Assembly (NCBI RefSeq): GCF_041956535.1 | Contig: NW_027192193.1 | Coordinates: 574,235 to 638,234 of the forward strand | From: Calcarisporiella thermophila CBS 279.70 | Lineage: Eukaryota; Fungi; Calcarisporiellomycota | Length of the DNA stretch: 64,000 bases | Reading direction: 5' to 3' | Shown here: positions 10,408 to 22,026 of the stretch, in pieces | Numbering within the stretch: position 1 is the stretch's first letter | Layout of the letters: each line of letters opens with the position of its first letter | Notes under the pieces: model-generated | Seen by the model: the letters and a program-made list of their open reading frames with translations, nothing else | What the model was told of the DNA's origin: nothing | Databases searched by the model: none | Program-made: the position numbers and the translations under genes

Positions 10408-11886
10408 ATGCTGTTCTATGCCCTGAGTCTCTATGTGGGGGCTGCCGTAGTTTATGGGCTCAGCCGATGGGGCTTTCGGAAGCATTCTCCACGGCACCGG
10501 GAAGTTCCTCTTGTGAGGGGGTCATGGCCGATCGTAGGCCACGGCTACGAGTTCTCCAGAGACCCGTTGGGATTCATCCGCAAAGCATGTCGCAAGTATG
10601 GCAGGGTCTTCAAGATCCGCCTGTTTAGAAGGGAGATGGTGGTCGTCTGCGATAAAAGCTTGATCCACCCCTACTTCAGAATGAAGGAGGAGGACATGTC
10701 GCTTTACGACATCCTCGTGCAATTGGGCTTTGGCGATGCGTTCTCCGATGATGCCAGCATGTTTTACACTTTTATCCGAATCATGCAAGGCACCGTGGGA
10801 GTCAAGCCGGATGAGTTTGCTCCCAAGATCCTGGACGGGGCGCAGCGGATGGTGAGGAGGATGCGCGAGAGAGTAGGGGCGGGAGGCGCGGATGTCATCG
10901 AAGAGATGGTGCGGTTTATCTCCTCCACGAGTGCGATGTGCTTTCTTGCGGCGGAGCTCGACGAGCAGACGCTCGCATTACATCGAAAGTTTTCGGGACT
11001 GCTGAACAAGATCATCAGCCTAAGCTACTTTCTCCCCTCCAGGGCACTTCGTCCCATCTTCGTCCCTAGACTCTCCACCTATCGAAAGCTGATCACGAAG
11101 CGCTTCCTCCCCGAGATCCAAAAGTACCGTGCCGACCCCCAAAAGAGCGACTCCCTTCTGCTCAGGAAGGCGGTGGACTACGGCTCCGATGGAAAGGTTC
11201 TCACCGACCAGGATATCGGGGACCTGATCGTCTGTCTGCTCTACGTCAGCACCGAAAACACGGCATACGGGCTCTCGGAATCTCTCCTCGACCTTGCTCG
11301 CCACCCTGAGGTTTGGCATAGAGTTCGGGAAGAAAGCAAGGTTTTCACCAGGATATACCAGGACATTAGCGATGCGGAGCACATCTTTGATTCCAAGCTG
11401 ATCAAATCCTGCATTATGGAGTCTGCCCGCATGAACGCCCATCTCTTCTCCATCCATCGAAGGCCGGCGAAGCCACTCACCCTGGGGAGCTACTACGTCG
11501 GCCAAGTCGACTCCGTCGCCCTATGCACGTCGATGTTAATGGTGCACAACCAGGCCTCCGATTGCATTTTCCAACAGGCGCTTCAATACGATCCTTTTCG
11601 CTATCACGAACCGAGTCGTGACAAATATTCCTCGACCAATGTTATGACCTGGGGTGCGGGCGTGCACCTCTGCCCCGGGAAACAGTTCGCCCTTTACGAA
11701 ATCACCGCAGGAATAGCAATGATAGCAGCGAACTTTGAGGAACTAAGGGTCCAGCATGTCGGATCCCCTAACTACTTTTCCTCGTCCGCGTTTGCCTGGC
11801 GCCCGAGTCGTCTCGCCATGATCCCGACCAAAATCCACACTCCGACGGATCTCACATCACCAGCAGCGGAGAAGACTCAAGTATAG
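10408..11886 (+). CDS. Cytochrome P450, membrane-anchored, CYP51/CYP7-clan-like with atypical I-helix
   Basis: Intronless; N-terminal TM, PLVRGSWPIVGH, I-helix LLYVSTENT, ExxR (ESAR), DPFRY, heme motif WGAGVHLCPG. ATG at 10408 chosen because it begins the TM anchor downstream of the TATA box; an in-frame ATG at 10342 is an alternative. Confidence 0.93.
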   Translation: MLFYALSLYVGAAVVYGLSRWGFRKHSPRHREVPLVRGSWPIVGHGYEFSRDPLGFIRKACRKYGRVFKIRLFRREMVVVCDKSLIHPYFRMKEEDMSLYDILVQLGFGDAFSDDASMFYTFIRIMQGTVGVKPDEFAPKILDGAQRMVRRMRERVGAGGADVIEEMVRFISSTSAMCFLAAELDEQTLALHRKFSGLLNKIISLSYFLPSRALRPIFVPRLSTYRKLITKRFLPEIQKYRADPQKSDSLLLRKAVDYGSDGKVLTDQDIGDLIVCLLYVSTENTAYGLSESLLDLARHPEVWHRVREESKVFTRIYQDISDAEHIFDSKLIKSCIMESARMNAHLFSIHRRPAKPLTLGSYYVGQVDSVALCTSMLMVHNQASDCIFQQALQYDPFRYHEPSRDKYSSTNVMTWGAGVHLCPGKQFALYEITAGIAMIAANFEELRVQHVGSPNYFSSSAFAWRPSRLAMIPTKIHTPTDLTSPAAEKTQV

Positions 11887-12311
11887 AATATAATCACCCA
11901 ACTGGCTGCTTTTGTAAAATACGCTTTATTCACACCCTTTGGTTATAATATGCATGGGGATATGGGTGTGTGGCTAGATAATAAACAGTTTAAATCCGAG
12001 TAAAACATCGATCTAGGGGACAAAATAGAATAGAATCCAAAAAAAAAAATAGAATGAGCCATTTCACGAAATACCACACACGGAATTCGCGGTCAGCCAG
12101 GCCTCATCTAGCATAGTTTGGCGGTACATACAGGAGAGTGGGTGGTTAGAGGGTTTGGCGTTGACTGGGTAGTCACTTCTCGATAAAATAGGTGGTATAC
12201 CAGAAAGAACACAAAATAGAGGGGCATGTACAAGTTACAAATAGTTTTTGTGCGGTTGAGCGTGCATATATGCGTAGCAGTTAAATAATAATGGAGGAGG
12301 AAAGAGTACAG

Positions 12312-13202
12312 TTAAAATGCAACAATTGTCCAGAAAATGAATATCCCCAAGAGAGCGGCTATGGACGGACCTAACCAGTGGAAGCTGGGAAACACGTTAC
12401 ACGTTATAAACTTGCTGTCTCTCTATCCGAAAATAGGCACTCACTTTTCATGAATCCACCTTGACATTATTCCATTGCCCTCGGCATAGATGCGCTCGGA
12501 GCGTATCCAAGGCAAAATGACGGCTCTCCTCCTGCTCTCGCCCTGTCATTGAAAAAGGACGGTGTCAGGCACACAATTCCGGGGGAGGAGGGGGAGGGGG
12601 TGGAGCACAAATACACATACTCTTAGCTCGAGTTCCAGCTCCTCTTCCATCCGACACAGCTCCCTCAAGTCCTTTTCTTTGCGCGCTATCTGGTGCTGCA
12701 GCTCAGTGAGTTGTTTGTGCAATAGCGCAGTGGCTTCGTTAAGCTGATGCTGCTGTAGAAAATGAACAGGCATGGTCACTTTACATTCCTCTCTCATTAA
12801 TGTAATAGCCAAATTGTACCCTCTCGCGCAAGTCTCTTGAAATTTTAATTTTCTCCTCCAAGTCTCCTGCGCTTAGATTGGTTACCGCGTTTAAATCATC
12901 GACTGTTTGGGTCATTTCAACTCTAGGTGCAAAAATGAAAGCACATATTGTTCACATGGCATCCCATAATGACGAATGGAAACGTAAAGGGCTGAAATAT
13001 ACCTGTATTTTCCAACTTTTTCTAAGCACTGATTCAGGTGCCCTAGTTTATCCAAAAGCTAAAAGAGCGAGTTGCTTAGCATAACTCGAACGGTGCACAC
13101 AAGGCTGGTGGAAAGCTGCCATACCTCCTCAAGCCCATCTTCTGGATCGAGAGCATGTTCCATAAGCTTGGAATCCACGAGGGCATCCTTACGTTCTGAC
13201 AT
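12312..13202 (-). CDS. Hypothetical tail-anchored coiled-coil protein (~180 aa, 6 exons)
   Basis: Six GT-AG-bounded exons join without stops: MSERKDALVD...LTELQHQIARKEKDLREL...WLGPSIAALLGIFIFWTIVAF*. Start uncertain. Confidence 0.6.
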
Positions 13203-13470
13203 GGCCTGATGTATCTCTATTAGGACAAAAAAGTTTGACATGTTCCGTAATTGACGAGTGGCTTATGTAGAGAGAAAAATTTAGAATATTAAAATTTCTG
13301 CGATAACTTGTCATCCGAGGGGGAAGTGGAACCAATGTCGAAACAGAAAACGCATGCAACGGAGAATGGGACGGTCATATGTGAGTTCTGTGGTGCGAAA
13401 ATGTAAGGCTTTGAACTTTCATTGGAAGTGGTGAATTGTATATTAATGTTGATCCGTTTCATCTGCAGAG

Positions 13471-14696
13471 ATGGTAAACGGGTATGATACTCTTCCGCCT
13501 CCCTTTTGTTAGACCCTAGCTAACTGGCCCATCGCCTCTCCAGCATTCATCGAATAAAAAGCCAACCACAAAATGGAGGAAACTTTTGTATGTAAAGCAG
13601 GATTACCCGGACAATTATGTGGATGCAACGTTTCTTGAGGAGCTCCAAAAAAACGGTAAGTTTCGCGTTGATGCCGTTCTATCCGTGGCTGCTGACAAGG
13701 CGGTTCACGTGCGTAGTCAATGTTCGAAATTATGATTATTGGACGGTGGTGGTCGAGTCCAACGTCGTCTCACAGCAAATTAGCAGCATCATGGTATTTG
13801 TTGCCGTGTTCAAATATCTTTATACTGCCAAGCTCTCGGCGCAGAGTCTGATATGGATAGGGTCCGCGCTATCAGCAGTAGGCTATGTGTTTTGGGATCT
13901 CAACATTGGCCGAGCAGACCCCACCTATATTTACAGAAGTAAACCTCTCTTTATTTTCGATTCCCATCTGGAATATAACTCATCCGAGCTTTTGTACACC
14001 AGGGAAAAAGACCGCCAAAGGCGCTATACTTTTTTTTGTAACTCTTCTTGGCCTCTCCCCCATCCTGAAAACCCTTACTAGTGCCACAAGTGATGACACT
14101 ATTTGGGCATTGACTGTATGCCTTTTCCTCGCCAACCTGCTGTTTCACGACTATAGCTCCGGCAATATCACGAACATTGGGTTTCCGGGCTCGGTCAGCA
14201 CGAATGCGGCCATTTTTGCATCGGTTTTGCTTGCATCGCGACTGACCTCGGACCTGGCGGTGTTTGCATTCATGGCCTTTGCAATTGAGTGGTTTGCCCT
14301 CTTCTCCATTTTCCGCAGGCTGGTGAAGGTTTGCCTCATTCTCTTCCGTTGGGCCACTGTTTATACTTCTCCTGACGTGATTTCCTCTCCTTGGGGCGTA
14401 TAGAATCTTTCATTAGTCGGCAACGTTATCCTGACGTTATTACTCTTCATTACTGCAACCGTTCTCTTCGCGACCATCTCGAGTGTTGTAGTAGTGCTGT
14501 ACGTTGCTGCAATTCTCTTCATTACCTTTGGGTGTCCTTTTTGGTTAATTCAGATACAAAAGTACAAAAAGTAAGTCTTCATAAATGAATTTCCTGTTGT
14601 GGCAGGCTAATCCAACTCTTTTAATTTTCACCGCGCTCTCTTAGCAAGATACACGGGCCTTGGGATGAAGCGCGTCCGAAAATTCTGCACAAATAA
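13471..14696 (+). CDS. GPI2: GPI-GlcNAc transferase subunit PIG-C
   Basis: Spliced motifs WRKLLYVKQDYPDNYVD..FLEELQKN, LSPILKTLT..TSDDTIWA, STNAAIFASVLLASRL, KIHGPWDEARP; multi-exon. Confidence 0.92.
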
Positions 14697-15002
14697 TTTT
14701 TTAGACTTTTCCTTTCCTTCCCATTCCTCTTGGCTGTTGTTATTTATTGAAGTTTTGTTATATACATCTTTCTACTACTGCCTTCACTCTTCACTGTGGC
14801 ACTAATCACAATTTCTTCCATTCGCATTTTTTTTTTTCTCGCTTGTTTTAATTTGCTTCAGGCCTTTAGGAGAAAATGAAGTCCTATCCTATTTTTGTGG
14901 CTTATTTCTGTGACGGTACTAGGTTGTTTACATTATAATTCCCTTCTCGGAAGGAAAATAAAACAAGACGGCGCTCTTTTCTCTGCTGTTTATTCCCACA
15001 TA

Positions 15003-16272
15003 ATGAATAACGACGAAGTCATTTGGCAGATCATTAACCAGCAATTCTGCTCATACAAAGTCAAGTAGGCCATCGGATCTCTATCTGCTTTTTCATGAGG
15101 TTGGGCTTACATGTTTGCTTGTTGTGGATAGAACACAGACTCAGAACTTTTGTCGAAATGAATACAACGTTACCGGTCTCTGCAACCGGCAATCGTGCCC
15201 ATTAGCCAACAGTCGATACGCCACCGTACGTGAGGTAGAAGGTATGTCTAGGATGCTGGGATGGCTTATCGATGATTCGATGTGACAATACCGCCTAATA
15301 TTTATTCTCCATTTCCCCACCCTCCTCAGGTGTGGCGTACCTCTACATCAAAACTGCTGAGCGCGCTCACAGCCCACGCAATCTCTGGGAGCGCATCAAG
15401 CTTTCCAAGAACTACGCCCAGGCACTCGAGCAAATCGACAAGCATCTCGTGTACTGGCCCAACTTTATCGTTCACAAATGTAAGCAGCGTCTTACCAAGA
15501 TCACACAATATCTCATCCGCATGCGGAGGCTGAAGTTGAAGGAAAAGTGAGTATTTGTTGGATGAATACGCCACCAATCACCTCTAATTTCCACTTGATC
15601 CTTTGCATAGGGCAAAACTGATTCCCATCAAGAAGAAGACCGAAAGGCGGGAAGCCCGCCGTGAACAGAAGGCGGAGGCTGCTGCACGCCTTGAGAAGGC
15701 CATTGAAAAAGAGCTGCTCGATCGCCTTAAGAGCAAAGCTTATGGAGATCAGCCATTGAATGTGAATGAGGACGTATGGCGCCAAGTCTTGGAAAACGAG
15801 CAGCTCGAGGCTGAAAGCGACGTAACGGACGAGGATGAGGAGGAGGAGCTCGAAGAGGAGGAGATGGAGGGTGAAGAGGAGTGGGAAGATGGTGAGGAGG
15901 TGAGTGAGTTTGTGGAGGGTGACAGTGAGGATGAGGAGGACATTGAGGATATCTACGAGTACGAGGAGAATGGAGACTTATTCGAGGGGATGGACGAGGT
16001 CACAACTATGGATGATGGCGATCTGGAAAATGGCATGGCATCCGATTCAGAGGAGGAGCAAGAGACAGGGGCAAGCAAGCGGAAGAGGGTGGAGAAGAGC
16101 AAAAAGCCGGCCAACACAAAACGGAAAAAGCGTAAGTGTTCACTTCACCTTGCTTCCCTCTCTACAGCGGCTGTTGACACTTTGGTTTTGCTCTGCAGGT
16201 GGCCCAAGAGTCGAGGTGGAATACGAGATGGAGGAGGAAAGCCAGCCGAATCGACAGGAGGTGGCCTGGTGA
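15003..16272 (+). CDS. MAK16: 60S ribosome biogenesis protein Mak16
   Basis: [77 protein letters not shown], acidic region, VEVEYEME. Confidence 0.95.
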
Positions 16273-16736
16273 GCTTAGGATGCAAGTTGTTCACTTCGCC
16301 AATACTATTTCTTTCCTCTCTCGTTACCTCTGCGCTTTATATCTCCTTTATTTCCCACCATCCTCTCTCCTCCCCCTCCCCCTCCTCTTTCTGGACTGTA
16401 AACAAAAAGAAAAAATCAAACCTTTTTTATTTTGCAAATATAATATACAATAATGATAGATTTTATTGCGACGCCTCTAATGTAGCTAGAGGTCAAAAAC
16501 TTTGGCTGAAATCGTTCCCCTTTGGATATAGTTGAATATATTGCGGGTCTTGGAAATCATTAGAAACAAACACAATCTTTATTTAATCTGGGTTATAATA
16601 CATCTAGTATCAACAATAGGGGGGAAAGAAAACACAGGATATAAAATGTAAAGGATAGAATAAGGGAGTAACAATAGAGAACAAGATAAAAAAAAAGCTA
16701 TCAAATTTTCCTTAAGAAACTGCACAAGATCTGGAC

Positions 16737-19700
16737 TTAGACAAAAAATTTACGATTGATTAGGAAGAGTAACAGGTTGACATTAACCTTGGCCGCACCA
16801 TCAAACATCGTCACCGTCTGCACATTATTGAATTGGCACTGTAGCATGTCCTCGAGCCTCAATTCGACCACGCCACCCGTGATGCCCAGCCCAGCGAAGG
16901 CCGCCTCTACGCGGAACACCCCTATCTCATCCGAAGATATGGTGAGCATAATGCGCTCGAATTGCCGGGGAGAAACCCCTTCAATCTCGAGGAGGACGCC
17001 CCTTGCATGCAATTTTGCCGCCGAGTATTTGTACGAGCCAAAACGGGGCACGCGGCCTTGGCGCTGTAGTTCCCGGAGGTGGAAATATTGACGGGTGAAA
17101 GGCAGCACGAGTCGGCTGCGTCGTCTATACACAAATGAATGGATGAATGAAGCGGGCCAACCTAAATGCTCTTTCAGAAAAATAAAGTTACCCTCGGCTG
17201 TTTTTCATATTCTCCATGCAGGTGTCAATATAGCTGTAATAGCTCTGTTTTTGGTCATCCAGGTAGCGTCGCTTTTCCTCCAGATTGGCTAGGGTCTGTT
17301 TCAGCACCTGCAGTTCGCGCCGACGCTGCATGCATCGTCGATGCTTGTTACGGATGTCGATGGCGATAGAATTCAGCATCTCTTGGTAGTTGTTTTCACG
17401 GTGAACCCGCCCCTCAGCCTCAAGGCGAAGAACGTTTTCAATCGTCTGCCGCTTCAGCATGGCAAAGCTTTCCGGAAGAGGTGAGGCGGAATTGGCGCGA
17501 TGCTGGCCCCTCTCCTGACGTATCAGTTCTGCATACGCGGTTTCATCCTCAGGGGTCACCGGACTAATTAGAATCTCGAGTAAATTTCTCCCCTTCTGCA
17601 CGCGGATCACCATCAGAACTTGGCTCTTTGTTTCAACAAAGAGACGTTTCAGCTCGGTGTCTGGATCTAATGAAGAAAGCCAAGATTAGTCATATTCATG
17701 AAAAAAAATGCAATGTAAACAAATACCTTGCACTTCACTAGAAAAGCGATCAGTAAGCGTCAGGCTAATGTCGCTTTGCTGCTGCACGGTTTCATCAACA
17801 ACGGGAACTTTTCCTAATTCCTTAAGGATAATGTTCAACGGGTCGTCTGGAAGCGGAGCAATTTCTTGGAGGTTATCGACGAGCATCCCGTGCATTGAGA
17901 AGATCTCCGCAGGCGAAATATAGAGTATAGGCTTTTGGGTCGTAGCATGATCAATATATTGGTCAATATGGAAATAGGCCTCGGCCGTCTTGGCTTGGGT
18001 CACTATGGAAACAAGGTGGTCAGTGTTTAAGCTGGATATATATTTAGTTTGCTCGACGCACCTGCTTGGAACCATTTGCTGAATTTCCCCGAAGAAAAGA
18101 TTACATAGCTATTTAAAGGAGCAACAAACTTATCCTCGCCCTCGCCGTCAGCAAATATTTTGCCTCTGGCAATTTGGTGAAGCATTTTTGCAATCTGGCC
18201 GAGGTTTTTGCGTTGCTGAGGATCTATCCTCCTCTCCACAACGTCAAACATTTCCGGGGCACTAGGGGGCAAAGCGGGCAAGATGAGAATTTTCCTTCTA
18301 CAAATTATTTGATATGCAGCACTTACACAATTGCAGGATTAATGTATCGATAATAGACAAAGTTTCCGATCACTTTCATCACCTCGGATTCGGGCTCATT
18401 GGGGAAATTCTCTGTAAGGGCGTCCTTGAGTTCACGGGCTATGATACGAATGCCATAGGGCATTTTATCAAGAGAATTGAGAATCGCATTCAAGAAATCC
18501 TCGGTGACGGTGCGCAATTGTTGAAGATCTATCAATCATAAAACGTTAGATGGAGCCGCAACCTATTTAGGATCCTGAGATACTTACGCTGGATAAATAT
18601 GGTTTTCGTTTCGGCATCGTTCAGCAACGCCTCTTCAGAGGTTAGATTCAACGGCCTCGATGTCGGACGGCCTGTACGCGACTCCTCGTTATTGATGCAT
18701 GCTTTGTATATTTCCAGAGGGTTCGTCTGGAGGTCAAGCATTTCATCATCGAGCACGCGATTGATAAGGGGCGAGAACAGTTCGCGGAGATATTTACGCT
18801 CTTTTGGACCCCTACAAGGAGCAGATTAAGTAGTGAGTACATGAGAGTGGGCGCGTTTCCCGTGTGCACTACAAACCGATAGTAATGGAGGACGAGCTTC
18901 AGAAACATAAAGTTGCCTCGCATAAATTCCTGGATGTTTTCGATCGACTTCAGCTCCTCTCTGATGCACGACTGAAGTAGTTTCAATAAAAGATATTCCT
19001 CACGGGTGTTCTGTGCATATCCGAACAGCGTCAACATGGTGGTCTCGACCGTCTTTTTAACACGATCGGACTGATTGAGCACAAAGAGTAGCCGACTTAA
19101 ATACTGCGGCTGGGTCTGGAGCAGATAAAAGAGCTGTTGGTAGAGCTCGAGACGACGACGGGACTCCTTGTCCATTCCTTTGAACGAGAAGCTATCCTGC
19201 GCAGATTTAGAAATGGCAATGGCCTGTGACATGCGACGGCACTGCTTCTTGGAGAGCTTGTACACTTCATCGATTGTGGCACGGTTTTTCACGAGCATGC
19301 CGATTTTAAGGTCGAGCTCGTTTAGATGGGAGTCCAACGAACGATTTTCACGAATAAGCCGAACAACCTTTTCACGACACGTCTCAATGGCTTAATATGG
19401 GAAACAGATGGTTAAGTATATGAATTCGTATCACTGGCATCACAACATAATTTACCCAGCTCCTCTTCAAAGTCCAGATTATTATCATTCAGAAGGTGGA
19501 CAAAACTTTTAATCGTGCTCACGGGCGGATTACTTCCGGTTGCTATTACAAAGAAGGCGCGTGAGAAACCTCGGATGACGAGCATGCAAACAAACTCAAA
19601 TAGTCACGTACTCAGCTGTCGATACGCATTCTCTGCCAACTTGGCCCGGAAAAGACTCTGAATCTTCACGATTTTAGCAACGTTGGCCTCGAAGTAATCG

Positions 19701-21139
19701 CGTTGCTGCGCAAACTTCTTGCGTGCTATAAGCCCGCGGACTCGTGATTGCAGGTTGATAATAACGGGCTCTGATGCTAGTAGTCCACGCAGCTTCCTTT
19801 CAAAATCACGTCGTGCCAAAACACCTCTCGAATGCGCCTGAAGTGCAATGATGAATGGCTCTAGCTGCCGGTGTAGTGTACGACGATTTAAGAATGATTG
19901 CCGTTCAAGCCAACGTCGGACATGCGCTTGGCAATGGACCACCTGCCGCTCGTGCTTAGACCAGTATACAGCGAGCTCCTCTTCCTTCGAGAGCTCAGGT
20001 TCCGGCGTGTTCGGCTCTGGAGTCTCATACTCCTCGGAGTCGGTATCCTCGCATGCATCATAACCAATGGCAGGCATTATCTCAGCAGAGTATTCTCGCA
20101 ACTCACGGGATAAGGCGGAACCGATGTTATCAAATCTGGGCATGACAATACCTTGCACTAGAAGTCCCTGCTGAGTTGCATGAATTTCTTCCTCTACAAT
20201 AGTGGAGAGGAGATGTGAATTATTTTTTTCTGTCAAGGAACTATAGCATATCAGTGTATAAGTTTACCCGTGAATTCCAACTGTCCCACCAGATTGTTCA
20301 CGCATGGTGCGAGGCCTCGACGACTTAGCAGGTAACTTAGCGCATGGATACAATATATAACCCTCGGGATATTCTTTTTCTCATACAAGTCTGTGAGCTC
20401 GAACCAGAAATACTAAAAAAAAATATTTATACATCGTAAGGTTGCTCCGTGATGTATGGGTCAACCAATGTCAGGTAAATCGGAATACTTACTGAAGGTA
20501 GCTCAACCTTACGGATGGCTTCAAGAAATGCATTAATATTATCCGAGTGACGAAATTGGAGCTTGGACGACTGTGGGGGGTAATGGTTGAAGAAAGTGGG
20601 TAAGAGTAAACATTTAAGCTTAATGAACTTAGAGGATTTCACCTTGAAGATACGCCGAACACAGCCAGGTGCAAACCAGCGTGCCAATTTTGCAAGAATG
20701 ATACCATTACGCAGAGCCTCCTCCAACTCTACGATTGGCGCAATTTCCTCATTTAAACAGTCCTCTATCCACCTGGTATGGTGAAACAGTGAAGTAGCCC
20801 ATTAGAGGAGTATAAGAATTGGACACAGGGTCTAGTTTTCTCACTTACTCTTTTGCTTCCCCAATATGACATAGATACTCGTACGCCTGTAAATACTTGC
20901 GCTGCCTCTCCATCCAATTTCGCGAATTATCCTTTTGCAGCCGAATCCGGCCCCTTAGCCCTATTAATAGTAAACCAATGATATAAGAGAAAGCTCATGT
21001 TTAGTTCTTAATCAAGAGGAAACAAACCAGCAACATCCTCAGCGCCTTCAGTGATTGTCGGAATATTCAGGTCAGAAAGATCCTCCTTTGTCGATAGCGA
21101 GGAGAGGCGCTGGAGCGGTAGAGAAACTCTGCTAACCAT
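16737..21139 (-). CDS. IQG1: IQGAP-related cytokinesis scaffold (CH, IQ repeats, RasGAP-like, RasGAP_C)
   Basis: LQAYEYLCHIGEAKE, LRNGIILAKLA, FRHSDNIN, IQ motifs (LQAHSRGVLAR, LQSRVRGLIAR), YQQLFYLLQTQPQYL, YYRYINPAIV, VNVNLLLFLINRKF; more than 10 exons. Start approximate. Confidence 0.93.
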
Positions 21140-22026
21140 GACGGGAATTTTTCTATCCTCTTGCAAAAAAGCGAGCAATAGAATAAAAGTATCTCAAGAA
21201 ACAGAATATTTGCTAATACAAATAACAGTAGTTGCGAAATAGCTAGGATATGATTACGCGTTATAATAATGGGGTAACATATACAAAATTAAGAAGAGAT
21301 CACTGATTCGGAGCACCCTAATCCTGGAGAACAAACATAAAACAAATCAAGGGGAGCTCCGGGGATTTGCACAATAAATAAACAAAAGGGAAAAATAACG
21401 GTTAGCACTCGTCCTTTTTTTGATATCGACTAAAAATGTCGACAGAAAATAAAAAGACGCGACGCGTTGTCGGGGCTTTTCATTTGAATCAGTTTGCCTC
21501 ATTGGCTGGCACGATTACCAAATTTCAAATATTATGTGACTACTCTATGGAATATTCCCGGCGAAAAATTATGTGACTATCTTCCTCGATTACTGATAGT
21601 TGACTCTGCTCTTTTTGTGAAAGCATCAAACTTTCGCTGGTCGCAGATCAATATAGCAACAGGAGTCACGAGATTTAATAAAATGGTTGTTCACTTCTAT
21701 CACACACTCTTGACCGCAACTACAATATTCAAGTATGCTATCATATATATGTTTGCAACTACAGAAAAGGTCATTCCCCTACTCCTTTTTTTTAACTGTT
21801 GCTCAGCATATTTTGCTCCCGGTATATCTCACCACCACAATTGGGCATACCAAGTGATCCCTGGCATGCCCTCAAATTGAAAACTTAAATCCACACCAAC
21901 ATTTAGGATGCTCATCTTTCTCCAAACTGTGCTACAAAATATTGAATTCATTTATTACATACGAAAGAAATCCTGCCTCCATATCTGATGACAATGCAAT
22001 TAAAATAAAATCCTCAGCACTAATAA

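Noticed and set aside
21494-21880. 128-aa intergenic ORF
   Set aside because: TTG start, AT-rich, overlaps promoter elements, no protein-like motifs.
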